Shown here piece after piece: positions 51,660-62,949 of a DNA stretch of 64,000 bases. How positions within the stretch are numbered: the first letter of the stretch is position 1; every line of letters starts with the position of its first letter. A program made the position numbers and the translations under genes. The notes beneath the pieces are model-generated. The model was not told the DNA's origin, did not search any database, and was given only the letters and a program-made list of their open reading frames with translations. The DNA comes from Takakia lepidozioides (taxonomy: Eukaryota > Plantae > Bryophyta): the NCBI GenBank assembly GCA_030704615.1, contig CM060731.1, forward strand, positions 53,754,001 through 53,818,000, in the 5' to 3' direction.

Positions 51660-53883
51660 AACTCACCTCCCGCATATAGTCGCCGAACTGGAGGAAACGA
51701 TAATGCCACCATGCTAGCCAACTGACCATTGCTCCCTCGTCTGATTTCCTTACAACACCTGACGATGTCCACCAAGCCCGTATGCATGCAAACTGTGTCT
51801 CTGCATCATCCAAGGTAGGAGCGCGCTTCCACGCAAGGCACATGGAACGGTGCTCCTCTCTGAAATCTGGCGCCACGAGCCTGGTTGTGTACTGCGAAAG
51901 GCTTTGCAGAAAATGGAACCCACAAGATCTCTCCTTGCCTTCCATGGGAACATTGGGGTCTTGCCCGTACACCCTTCGGATGGCAGCCCAATTTGCTTGT
52001 GCGTTGTCTGCCATGAAACCACGGAAATTCGGAGGGGGCAATCCCGCCTTGGCCATCTGTTCGTTTATTCCCTGCCAAAGAAGCATCTCCGATTGTGTGT
52101 CCTCCTTTCATCTCACAAATAGCAATTGTCATTAGCATCCTGCAGTGGGTGTCGTAGACATGTGCACCCATTGTCACCCACTGGTGATTTGTAATTCACT
52201 TGATATGGTCGAACATGACCAACTGTTTGACAAGTTCCTACTCGTCATCCTGTCAACCAGTTCGACGCCGCTGCCAGGTCCACACGTGGACATTTTGAAT
52301 ACGAAACAACGATCTGCCTCAGTCCATTGTCCTGGAAACCTACTTCCATGAATGTAGTCATATCCACATCGTCGCTTCACCTCCAGAATGGAGTGCATAT
52401 CCGAGCCACGCCCAATTTTCTGTTTGCATGAGACAATGTGGTTTCGGACATTCGGTGAACATACGTGGGACACCGACTCCAGCAATGCCTCCATTTCCTT
52501 CTCGTCGAGAGGAACTCTATCGGAGCCGTCTTCCGACATAATTCTGGCCAATGCCATCTTATGGGCGGCTTGGAGCTGTATCTGTTTGGGTTTGGCACCC
52601 GATCTCAACTTAACCTCCTCCTGAACGAGCTGCTCTGCTTCGTGGGCAGCCTCCCGCGAGTTCCCCCTCGCCAATTTGTGACAATGGGAACCAACGTGTA
52701 TGCAAGCTGGTGTGAGGTCAGGGAAACGGTGCAACACATAGAACTGCTTGGCATTACAAACAGACATGCAGTGTGGTGGTTCTTTGCAATGCGCACACTT
52801 AAATGTGGAGTTCGGAACCTTCTCCTGAGCTCGAAATGGTTGATGAGCTGTGCCTGTCCAATCGGTCTCGTTCCTGTGACCTCTGGATTTAAAGTGGAAG
52901 CAAGTTGGGGAGAAACACCGCAACGCGCCCGCACAAACAACGTAGCGCACCCGCACACCATCGAGCATCTTCATGCTGGTGGTTTTGGTAACGCACCAAG
53001 GATGACCGTCATGTTTTCTATCCATATCTGTCAACATTCCGGACGCCCTCGAGTAGTCCGCCCGAGGAGGGAACTCAAAGAAGATATTACCGTCGACGTC
53101 GGCGGGAAGGCATGTAACCGATTTAATTGCGAACTTGCTGTAGTCCAGCCCGGCCAGCTCCGACCGGTGTCCCTCCAGGTGAAGCCCTCGCAGAATTTCA
53201 AGAATAGATCGAACTGCGGTGCTCGTGCTGGGAATATGACTCCCTCCTCCACTGACGTCCATTGAGGACTTGCCTGATCTCCAGGACGACCTCGGAACTT
53301 CCATGACCTCGTCTGAGTCGGACAGGTTGTGAACAACCCGGTTCTGGCTCGTCTTCATGGATGGGTTCGGCTCTGGATTTACTTCGTTGCGGACTTCTCT
53401 CTTTGAGGTAGCCACTCTCTGATTCGCGGATTGTTTCGTGGAAGGCGCCAGGATAGAAGGTGCATTTGGCGGGCAAATGAAGTCCCCAACAGCCCTGTAT
53501 ATGACGCTGTCCAATGGTGGAACTCGCCATTCCCTGCCATCGCCGAAATCATCGTGGAGCACAACAATACTGTCGACAACAAGGCCGTTAGAGTCCTTCC
53601 TTTCCTCCTCCAAAAAACCGACCCCGGTTTCAGGTGGTATCGAACGCACAGATATTTCTCCATCACCCGGCAGGTGTCCCCTCTGCACGGAAATGAAGCT
53701 CTATGCTCGTGAGGAGGGCAGTACACTGTAGCGCTCGGGTTTTCCGCCATGGGAGATGTGCACACAAGACTCCCAGGATGGAGTGCGGGGAAGCTCCCTG
53801 GTAGAAGGGGGATGCAGCGATGGGAATGAATGCGATGCCGATTTGTCCGAGCGACGAAGCCTGATCCAAATCCAGGGAGCCAA
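51660..53883 (-). pseudogene. MULE-2 transposase exon 1 (exon 2 with the catalytic E and SWIM finger missing)
   Basis: Strongly similar to the MULE-1 transposase: RKHDGHPWC, RNETDW, FKCAHC, FKMSTCGPGSGV, FMADNAQANW, ERSCGFH, WWHYRF..GDYMRE then the same intron donor. Confidence 0.88.
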
Positions 53884-54029
53884 CTATCTCAAAAATCCAC
53901 AGTCAGAGTGTTAATGAACCTTGTCTCCGGAATGCGGCCCCTGGTCTTTGCGCAATAACTGCCAACGGTATGCAGTCAGAAAGTGGGGGGCCGTCCGGAT
54001 GATGACGGCTGAAGGGGAGAAGCCGGCAC

Positions 54030-56639
54030 CGTGCCGTCACATTACTACCCCCGAATGGAAATTCGGCACCCAATATCCAACAGGGAAGCCCGGATGAAGT
54101 CGCCTCGGGCGCAGAGGCCGGCGCGTGTGCGACAGGAACATCCCCTGGATGGAGATTCGGCGCCGAATTTCCATCCAGCAGGTAAAGGAAGTCGTGTCGG
54201 GGGTCAGGCCGAAAACTGGCCGGCATAAAAACATCCCCAGATGGAAAAACGGCGCCGAATTTCCATCCGGGGCGGTTCGGATGCAGTCGGGGAGGGGGGA
54301 GGCCGCACTTGGCCGTCACATTTCAACCCCCGGACGGAAATTCGGCACCGAATATCGAACAGGGGACGCCCGGATGAAGTCGCCTCGGGCGTAGAGGTCG
54401 GCACGTGTTCGACAGAGAGCATCCCTTGGATGGAGATTCGGCGCCGAATTTCCATCCGGGCCCCCCCAAGGAAGTCTTGTCGGGGTGTCAGAGAAACTGG
54501 CCGACATAAAACAGATGGGAAAACGGCGCCGAATTTCAATCCGGGGCCATTCCAATGCGGTTGGGGAGGGGAGGCCGGCACTTGGCCGTCACATTTCAAC
54601 CCCCGGACGGAAATTCGGCACCGAATATCGAACAGGGACGCCCGGATGAAGTCGCCTCGGGCGTAGAGGTCGGCACGTGTTCGACAAGAGCATCCTTGGA
54701 TGGAGATTCGGCGCCGAATTTCCATCCGGGCCCCCCCAGGAAGTCTTGTCGGCAGACTGAAAACTGGCCGACATAAAAACCTCCCCAGATGGGAAAACGG
54801 CGCCGAATTTCAATCCGGGCCATTCCAATGCGGTTGGGGAGGGGGAGAGGTCGGCACCTGGCCGTCATATTTCAACCGCCGGACGGAAATTCGGCACCGA
54901 ATATCCAACAGAGCGGCGGAGAGGCCGGCACCTCTCCGACAGAGACCAGCCCCCGGATGGAAATTCGGCGCCGAATTTCCCACCCAGCAGGTAAGTGCAA
55001 TCCCGGATGGATGGAAATCCGGCGCCGAATTTCCACCATCGATCAGGTATCCATCCTGTAAGATGCCCGGCGATCCGAAATCCGGTAAGTGAAATCCCGG
55101 ATCGATCGAAATCCGGCGCCGCATATCCATCCTGCAGGTAATTCGAATCCCGGATGGATGGAAATTCGGCGCCGAATTTCCATCCAGCAGGTAAGTTGAA
55201 TCCCGGATGGATAGAAATCCGGCACCGAATTTCCATCCAGCTGGTAAGTCGGATCGCTGGCGTATGGATATTCGGCGCCGAATTTCCATTAGGCAGGTAT
55301 TTCATCGCTGAGAATTACCTTCCTGCAGGTAATTCTGATCGATGAATTACCTTCCTGCAGGTAATTCTTATCGACGAAGGTAGGAAGGTAATTCCTCGCT
55401 CAGAATTACCTGCAGGAAGGTAATTCATCGCTGAGAATTACCTACAGGAGGTAATTCATTGATCAGAATTACCTGCAGGAAGGTAATTCTCAGCGATGAA
55501 ATACCTGCAGGATGGAAATTCGGCGCGGATTTCGATCCATCCGGGATTCCAGTAACCTGCTGGATGGAAATGCGGCGCCGAATTTCCATCCATCCGGGAT
55601 TCGAATTACCTGCTGGGAAATTCGGCGCCGAATTTCCATCATCCGGGATTCCACTTACCTGCTGGATGGAAATCCGGCGCCGAATTTCCATCCATCCGGG
55701 ATTCGAATTACCTGCAGGATGGAAATCGGCGCCGAATTTCCATCCATCGGGATTCCACGGCAATTTCCATCCATCCGGGATTCGAATTACCTGCAGGATG
55801 GAAATTCGGCGCCGAATTTCCATCCATTACCTGCAATGGAAATTTTCCATCCATCCGGGGATGGATTTCCATCCATCCGGGGCAGGACTGGGATTCCACT
55901 TACCTGCATGGAAATCCGGCGCCGAGGGATTCGCCTGCAGGATGGAAATCGCCGATTTCCATCCATCCGGGATTCCACTTACCTGCAGGATGGAAATCCG
56001 GTGCCGGATCTCCATCCATCCGCTCTCCGACCAACCTTGCGGATGGAAATCCGGTGCCGAATTTCCATCCATCCGCTCTTCAATTACCTGCATGACGGAA
56101 ATTTTGCGCGCCGACCTATCTGGCGGATGGAAATTCGGCGCCGGATTTCCATCCATCCGCTCTTGGAATTACCTGCATGACTGGAAAAATGGCGCCGAAT
56201 TTCCGATTTTGGTGCAAGTCAGATCTGGGACTTAGCCATTTTCGGCCCCGAAATGGAAAAATGGCGCCAAAAAAAAAAAAAAAAAAAAAACGCCATTTTT
56301 CCATGTCGGGGCCGAAAACGGCTAAGTCCCAGATCTGACTGGCACCCAAAATCGGAAATTCGGCGCCATTTTTCCAGTCATGCAGGTAATTCCAAGAGCG
56401 GATGGATGGATGAAATCCGGCGCGATTTTCATCCATCCGGCTCTTCGAATTACCTGCACGACGGAAATTTTTTCCGCGCCGACCTAGTTGGCGGAGGATG
56501 GTAATCCGGCGCCGGATTTCCATCATCCGCTCTTCGAATTACCTGCATGATGATGGAAAAATGGCGCCGAATTTCGATTTTGGTGCAAGTCAGATCTGGG
56601 ACTTAGCCATTTTCGGCCCCGAAATGGAAAAAATGGCGA

Positions 56640-56686
<47 letters not shown>

Positions 56687-57021
56687 GCCATTTTTCCATG
56701 TCGGGGCCGAAAACGGCTAAGTCCCAGATCTGACTGGCACCCAAAATCGGAAATTCGGCGCCATTTTTCCAGTCATGCAGGTAATTCCAAGAGCGGATGG
56801 ATGGAAATCCGGCGCCGGATTTTCATCCATCCGCTCTTCGAATTACCTGCACGACGGAAATTTTTCGCGCCGACCTAGTTGGCGGATGGTAGGCGCGGAT
56901 TTCCATCCATCCGCTCTTGGAATTACCTGCATGACTGGAAAAATGGCGCCGAATTTCCGATTTTGGTGCAAGTCAGATCTGGGACTTAGCCATTTTCGGC
57001 CCCGAAATGGAAAAAAGGCGT

Positions 57022-57057
<36 letters not shown>

Positions 57058-57205
57058 GCCATTTTTCATGTTGGGGCCGAAAACGGCTAAGTCCCAGATC
57101 TGACTGGCACCCAAAATCGGAAATTCGGCACCATTTTTCCATTTCTGGGCCCAGTCAGATCTGGGACTTAGCCATTTTCGGCCCCGAACTGGATAAATCG
57201 CGCCG

Positions 57206-57237
<32 letters not shown>

Positions 57238-58180
57238 GATATTTTTCTAGTTCCGGGCCGAAAACGGCTAAGTCCCAGATCTGACTGGCACCCAAAATCG
57301 GAATCGGCGCCATTTTTCCAGTTCTGGGCCCAGTCAGATCTGGGACTTAGCCATTTTCGGCCCCGAACAGGAAAAATGGAAGTTGAAGACTCCCACAAGC
57401 TGAAACCATACTCCCACACATGCACCACTTGCTTCCTTAACACCCGAGCTCTTCTTGAACTCCTCAAACCTGCAATACTTGCAGAACAAGAGCTTCTTCA
57501 CAAGCTCTCAAACTTTCAATGATGCTCTTCTTGAAGACCTCCTCTTGTACATAAACACCACAAGACTTTCTTCTTGCAAACCCTGCAACAGCTTGTAACT
57601 TAAGAGCTATCTATCAAGCTCTTTTCCACACACAAGTGTTAACTATGCTAACACCTTGCACTTATAGATGTAAGCAGGTCTTCTTCTAGTGATACGGAAA
57701 TGGTGAAAAGAGGAGAAACCATTCTATCACGTTATATAAGTCAAGCCAATGGCACCTTGCTAAAAGACTCCACCATACAGACCTCACCCACTCTCCATCT
57801 CAAGTACTAGAGCGAGTTCAATTGGCTCAACTTTTGTTTGACCACATGTTTTTGAAAGCAGAGGCATAGCCAGTGGGTACTTTCAGGGCCGAAAATGGCT
57901 AAGTCCCTAGAGTGGCTGGCACCAAAATCGGAAAATCGGCGCCATTTTGCCAGTTCCGGGCCCAGTCAGATCTGGGACTTAGCCATTTTAGGCCCCGAAT
58001 TGGTAAAATGGCACCGAAAAAAAAAAAAAAAAAAAATAAAAAAAAAAAAAAAACGCCATTGTTCTAGTTCGGGGCCTAAAATGGCTAAGTCCCAGATCTG
58101 ACTGGCACCAAAATCGGAAATTCGGCGCCATTTTTCCAGTTCCGGGCCTAGTCAGATCTGGGACTTAGCCATTTTCGGCA
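54030..58180. repeat. Composite palindrome and hairpin arrays of MULE-2
   Basis: ~280-300-bp tandem units (54030-54910); ~40-bp units with GGAAATTCGGCGCCGAATTTCC (perfect 30-bp palindrome 55156-55185); AATTACCTGCAGG inverted block centred ~55400; GTCAGATCTGGGACTTAGCC...poly(A)...GGCTAAGTCCCAGATCTGAC hairpins (56217-58180). Confidence 0.93.
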
Positions 58181-58609
58181 AGTAAATGCAAAAAAATGTT
58201 GCATTTCAAGTCCACTGGTGCCACATTCCAACTTCACATGACCTATTTCCCTGCTCCTAACCTATTTCCGTGGACTTACAATGGTCTGCTCATGTTTTTT
58301 TTTTTTTCTGCTCATGCTCATGCCGCTCATGAAATAGCAGCCCCCCATTAACTTATTATGGGCCCATTAATGAATACGGGGAAAGGGTAACGGAACCCTT
58401 TAAAAATACCAAAAAGCGAAATCCATGTCACATGTGCTATCCTAGTGGATAGTCCAGAGTGGAAAATCCATGGAAGGAAATTAAATCTAAAATCCAGTCA
58501 CAGCAGTTACATCCAATCATAAGCCAGAAGCAGGAACAAGAAATTGGAGGGATTTTAAGCGCAAGAGTCGGCGTTGTTCCAAGTAACGGGCGTCTCGACG
58601 GGATAGACC

Positions 58610-61600
58610 ATCAATGCTATAGCTTTGAAGCTATGGAGGAACTAACAGACTATACGCTTGCGATACTACTTACGCAGTGGCATGGGGATCGATGCTTACA
58701 AGCCCCGCAGGCTTACAAGAAATTACCCATAGCATTTTGTGGCAACCATACGTTTATGCTTTGTGCCCTGCAGGCATTTCTTCAATTGTTACAGCCAAAA
58801 CCTTCCTGTGGGTCTAGAATGAAGAGAGTGAGAGGAATGGAAGAAATCAGGGTGAAGAGCACCACAATCCTGCAGAAACAAACGATTGCTACTCCACAGG
58901 CGGTACAGTTACTGAAGGAGCTGCGATTAGAAGGATTGCAAAGCAAAGATTGGACATTGCACCATAGGCAGTACATGTTACAATTCTTGCAGAACTTTGA
59001 GCCTAGGACAGGAGCAACAACGGTGAAGGGAGTTGAATTATAAATTACTCCCCTATAGCTACAGCAATTGTTTGAATTGCCATCAGGTCAGGTGCATGTG
59101 GAGGAGCACAGGGCAAGACTGCAAATAGGGGACTTATTCCAAGAAGGGAGTTCTTTAAAACTCAGGGTTATGCTTGTACCAAGGCCGTGTACCCAGGGCT
59201 AAGGGAGGTAGGCCAGGTATTGAACGTTCTGTTGCCATGAAACAGAACCAACAGTATTTGAGCAGATCCTTCACAGAGGAAATACTCAAAGCCCTGAGAG
59301 GAGAAGAGGTAGCATGGGCGGACATAATGTACAACGGACTGGTAGAGGAGATGAAGAGATTACAAGGCACTGCCGCAAAGTCTCCTATCATAGCCCAATC
59401 ATTGCTCAAATAATTCTTGATTCTTGCATACTTGATGCTCGGGAAAGAAAGGAGATGGGAGTGTTTGAGGCCGAAATCACTGCAATGGAAGAGCAAGGCT
59501 CTTCGCACAGTGAGGGTGGACTGGCAGGGCAACCCCAGTCTAAGAGACAGAGGCGGGGAAAGACTGTAGTGGCGGATCCACTGGCTTCACGAAAACCGCA
59601 TGATAATGTTTCCCAGGCTCTTGTGCAGGAAGGGGCACAGCAGCACAGAGAGCTGCTATTATTGGAAGCAGGGCCTTCAGAAAGGGAAGATGAAGTTGCT
59701 TCAGTATCACAGCCATCACAGCCAGATGATCGGCTTGTCACAGAGTTACCACAAGTTGTCTATGCAGTTCCACGACAAATAATTGATTTGGAGAAAGAAG
59801 GGTTAGATATCCCCACTACAGAACAGGTGGTGGCAGAAATTGAGAAGGGGGACCTTCTCTATGAAAATTCTGGTTTGGTCAGGGAAACAGTGATTCCGGA
59901 GGTACAGCGGTTGTCCAGGGGAAACCCTGCTGTTGATATAATACCCACACCTGTGACGGAGGTACCACAGGTAGAATGTCAAGACACTGCAGCACCTGTG
60001 ACGGATGAAGTGGTTCAGGAAGAAAATCTGGTGGGGCAATGGCCTGAATGGTTAGTGAGGCATCACATTGTTGAGGATCAGGGAGAACAGCAGCAAGCTC
60101 ACCATGATGACCCTCAACAGGCCATGCTTATGAGTTCCATAAGCATGACCCTTAATTTGTTGGGCACTTATGTCAAATCCCATGTTCCAACTACCCAATT
60201 GGCAGATTTGAGGGAGGAACTCAGGAAGGAGTTTGAGGCTCGACTTGCCACTGAGTGTGCAAACAAGGTCGATGAGGAGGTCACTCTCAAGATACAACAA
60301 GACTTAGAGAGTACAAAAGCTGCTTTGCAATTGACCAAGGAACAATTGATTGAGGCAGGCCTCGCGCAAGACCAGTTGCACGAAGCAGATAAGCAACAGC
60401 TATACCAAATGCAGGTGAAGCATGAAAGCAAGTTGCAAGAAGTGAATGCACTACATACGGAGTTGCAGACAGTGCATGACAGGATGGCCATACAATGTGC
60501 TACACTCACAACTACGCTTGAGCAAACTATATTAGAAGTTAACAACCAAGCGGAAAGATATATGAAGGCACAGGCTGATAATCTCGAACAGATGAAACTC
60601 ATTATTGATATGAAGAATACAATCTGTCGCAACGAGAATACTTTCAAGCAATACAGGCAGGTTGAAGCTGACCAAGAGAGGTACATCCTGGAATTGCAAC
60701 AAACGCTCATGTCCAATAGAAATGAACTCTCTGTGGCTAACAAGGCTTGGAAGGAAGCCAATAATCTGGCTGCTGCCTATGCGAGTTTGGTTGAACCTAA
60801 TGCAAAGCGCATGGAGGCTTTATAACAGCAGATAGATGTGTACAGGCTCACAGAGGAGCAGATTCTCAGGGGTGCCACAAGCAACTTGGTGGATAATCAC
60901 CTTATGCAGGTCTGGTTAGCACAAGGGCCGGTGGAGGGCAAAGCACCACGAAAACTCACCCAAAGCGAGATGAATGAGCTCAGACTGCAAGTACAGAACA
61001 TTGCCACAATTACTATAGACAATGTCTATAGTAGGATAGCGGAGCTACAAGAGGATGTAGACGGCCTGCAGACTCAGGTGGAGGACCTGACATCAAATGT
61101 TGACAAGAGAGTCTTTGTACCTAAGGAGCAGCTGATGGCTTCTTATTTACAAGCCAGGACTTTGGCTTTTCAGTCTTCTTCGCAGGGGGTGCAGGAGATG
61201 CCAGTGATACAAGAGCCAGTGCCACCAACACCACAACAAGTCACTGTGACAGTAGCTGACCCTGTTGTTACTACAGCCACACCACAGCCACCACAGCCTG
61301 AGGTATGGGGGGATGCTGCTTTTAACCCACCTAAAACTCATGCTGCACGGGAGTACAGTCGGGCTATGATTATGCCCTTCAACCAAATTCCCATTGTGTT
61401 GGATTTGGCTTGGAAGGAATTTAGTCCTCCAAAGTCGTTGGCACATTATTACCGGATCATGCGCATTTGGCTGCCAGTGGCAACTAGGATTAAGGTTCTT
61501 CCAAACAATCGACCCATTGAGGATCATCACTTTGCGAGGTACTGGCATGAAGCAAGTACCATGTTGAAGGAATTAATTGCCTTCCAAGTTGTACATGGGT

Positions 61601-62364
61601 ACATTTATACCAAGACCAAGGAGGTAGCAAGTATTGTCATGGGCTGCGGGTTATACTATGCTGCTTGTTTTCTGGCACGTTATCACATTGAGCAGCAGAA
61701 GATGCAATTGCGCTTTCTGAGTTATTCCAGTGGGGATCATTGGGTCTTACCTTCAGTGCCACCTCATATGTACCTCTATGATGCAAATGTGATGATGCAA
61801 AAGGACTCCCAACTTCGTTCATGGTTTCATGCGGCCTGGAACAATTTGTCAACACAAAAATTCGGGGTCTGACGATATTTCTTTAAGGGCCATGAGGCAT
61901 GGAAAAACTTGCACAATTCACAAGTCATTGGTACACCAGTCACCTGGACAGACAAGGAGTTCAGGGTCTTCACCAATTTTGCAATTCAGCGCTTATAGCA
62001 AGTTTTGCAATTTAAACTTCCAGACATGGTGGGACAACATTGTATGCCTCAGAGAATTCCAGTTAGAGTTCGACCGTTTAAACACCTCAGGGGGGACGAG
62101 GATTCTGATACTACTGTTTCTTCAGCGGACTCTTTTGACATGGCAGAGGACTATGCAATTCAGATGGCACAGAAGAAGCGACGGGGGTCTCCGATGCCTG
62201 AAAGATTACCTCGATATCAGCCTCCAGAGGGACTGACATATCCAGGCAGTGTTCAATCATCTCCCTCAACCAGTGACAGGACACGGGCTCGCACACGGAG
62301 TCCTTCACGAGACTCTCAACGTCACAAGGGTGCTCGCTCACAAATGTTTGCTAATCCCAAATAG
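58610..62364 (+). pseudogene. Extra 3' ORF of Gypsy B (env-position ORF with long coiled coil), disrupted
   Basis: ORFs 59314..60825 and 60838..61872 are in frame across one TAA; heptad-rich E/Q/L/K region; located between integrase and PPT. Confidence 0.65.
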
Positions 62365-62388
62365 TAAACCGTGAGGACACGACTTTTG

Positions 62389-62402
62389 AGAGAGGAGAGG
62401 GG
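62389..62402 (+). other. Polypurine tract
   Basis: AGAGAGGAGAGGGG a few nt before the TG of the 3' LTR. Confidence 0.8.
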
Positions 62403-62406
62403 TAAA

Positions 62407-62656
62407 TGTTAGAGGGCTGCTTGGGACTTAGACGCTTTTATGGGATATGTGAGGTACCCTTAATTTTTACACAGACTGAGACCAACAGGAGCCTTAGGGG
62501 TGACAGCAACAGGCTTTAGGGGGGGAGATACACAGCCCGACACAGTCCATCACAGCCCGTCACAGTCCAACACAGCCAGTCACAGTCAACACAGCCCGAC
62601 ACAGCCAGTCACAGCCCGCCACAGCCTGATACAGCCAGTCACAGCTCGGCACAGCT
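62407..62656 (+). repeat. 3' LTR of Gypsy B (truncated after the CACAGCC array)
   Basis: Starts TGTTAGAGG after the PPT; reverse complement of the right end of 44844-45934. Confidence 0.85.
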
Positions 62657-62949
62657 GGGGAGTGGAGGAGGTGACAAATGAGTCATTTGTAAAATTGTTC
62701 GCTCCTGGAATTGGGAGTGCAAGAAACAACCTTCGCCAGTGATAGAAAAAGTTCACTAGTCCTACACCTGGGCCTCTGTTGGGCAACGTGAGAGACTAGA
62801 GAGAGGTCCTAATGTGGGGTTTTTTTTCAAGTTGTTCTGATCCCCCGCAACCCTGTTGCGAATTTGTCGGGAGACGAATCGTTACGCTGCCAAAATAGTG
62901 GCCTCCGGGAGGAAGACAGAGGAGGTCATCCCAGGGATGACGATAATGA

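Larger units (their letters stand above)
51220..58345. mobile_element. MULE-2: 7.1-kb internally deleted Mutator-like element nested in Gypsy B
   Basis: TIRs GAGGTTTGCTATTTCATGAGC (51220) and GCTCATGAAATAGCAGCCCCC (ends 58345); TSD CATTAACT at 51212-51219 and 58346-58353. Confidence 0.9.
45935..62656 (+). mobile_element. Ty3/Gypsy copy B: PBS-like site, gag, PR, internally deleted RT/INT, [MULE-2], extra ORF, PPT, 3' LTR
   Basis: 49060-49687 is nearly identical to 1-632. The alignment jumps at ~49688 (most of RT deleted) and ~50612 (integrase core deleted). TGGTGGA lies 2 nt after the LTR; PPT precedes 62407. Confidence 0.88.

Noticed and set aside
53903-58101. Many overlapping ORFs (MEIRRRIS..., WKFGAEF..., poly-K/poly-F), likewise MNFGAEI... 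at 28-29 kb
   Set aside because: They are translations of palindromic and poly(A) repeats that stay open on both strands, not credible genes.
44844-62656. DIRS-type element to explain the inverted termini
   Set aside because: No tyrosine recombinase; the family has a protease, a DDE integrase and a PPT.
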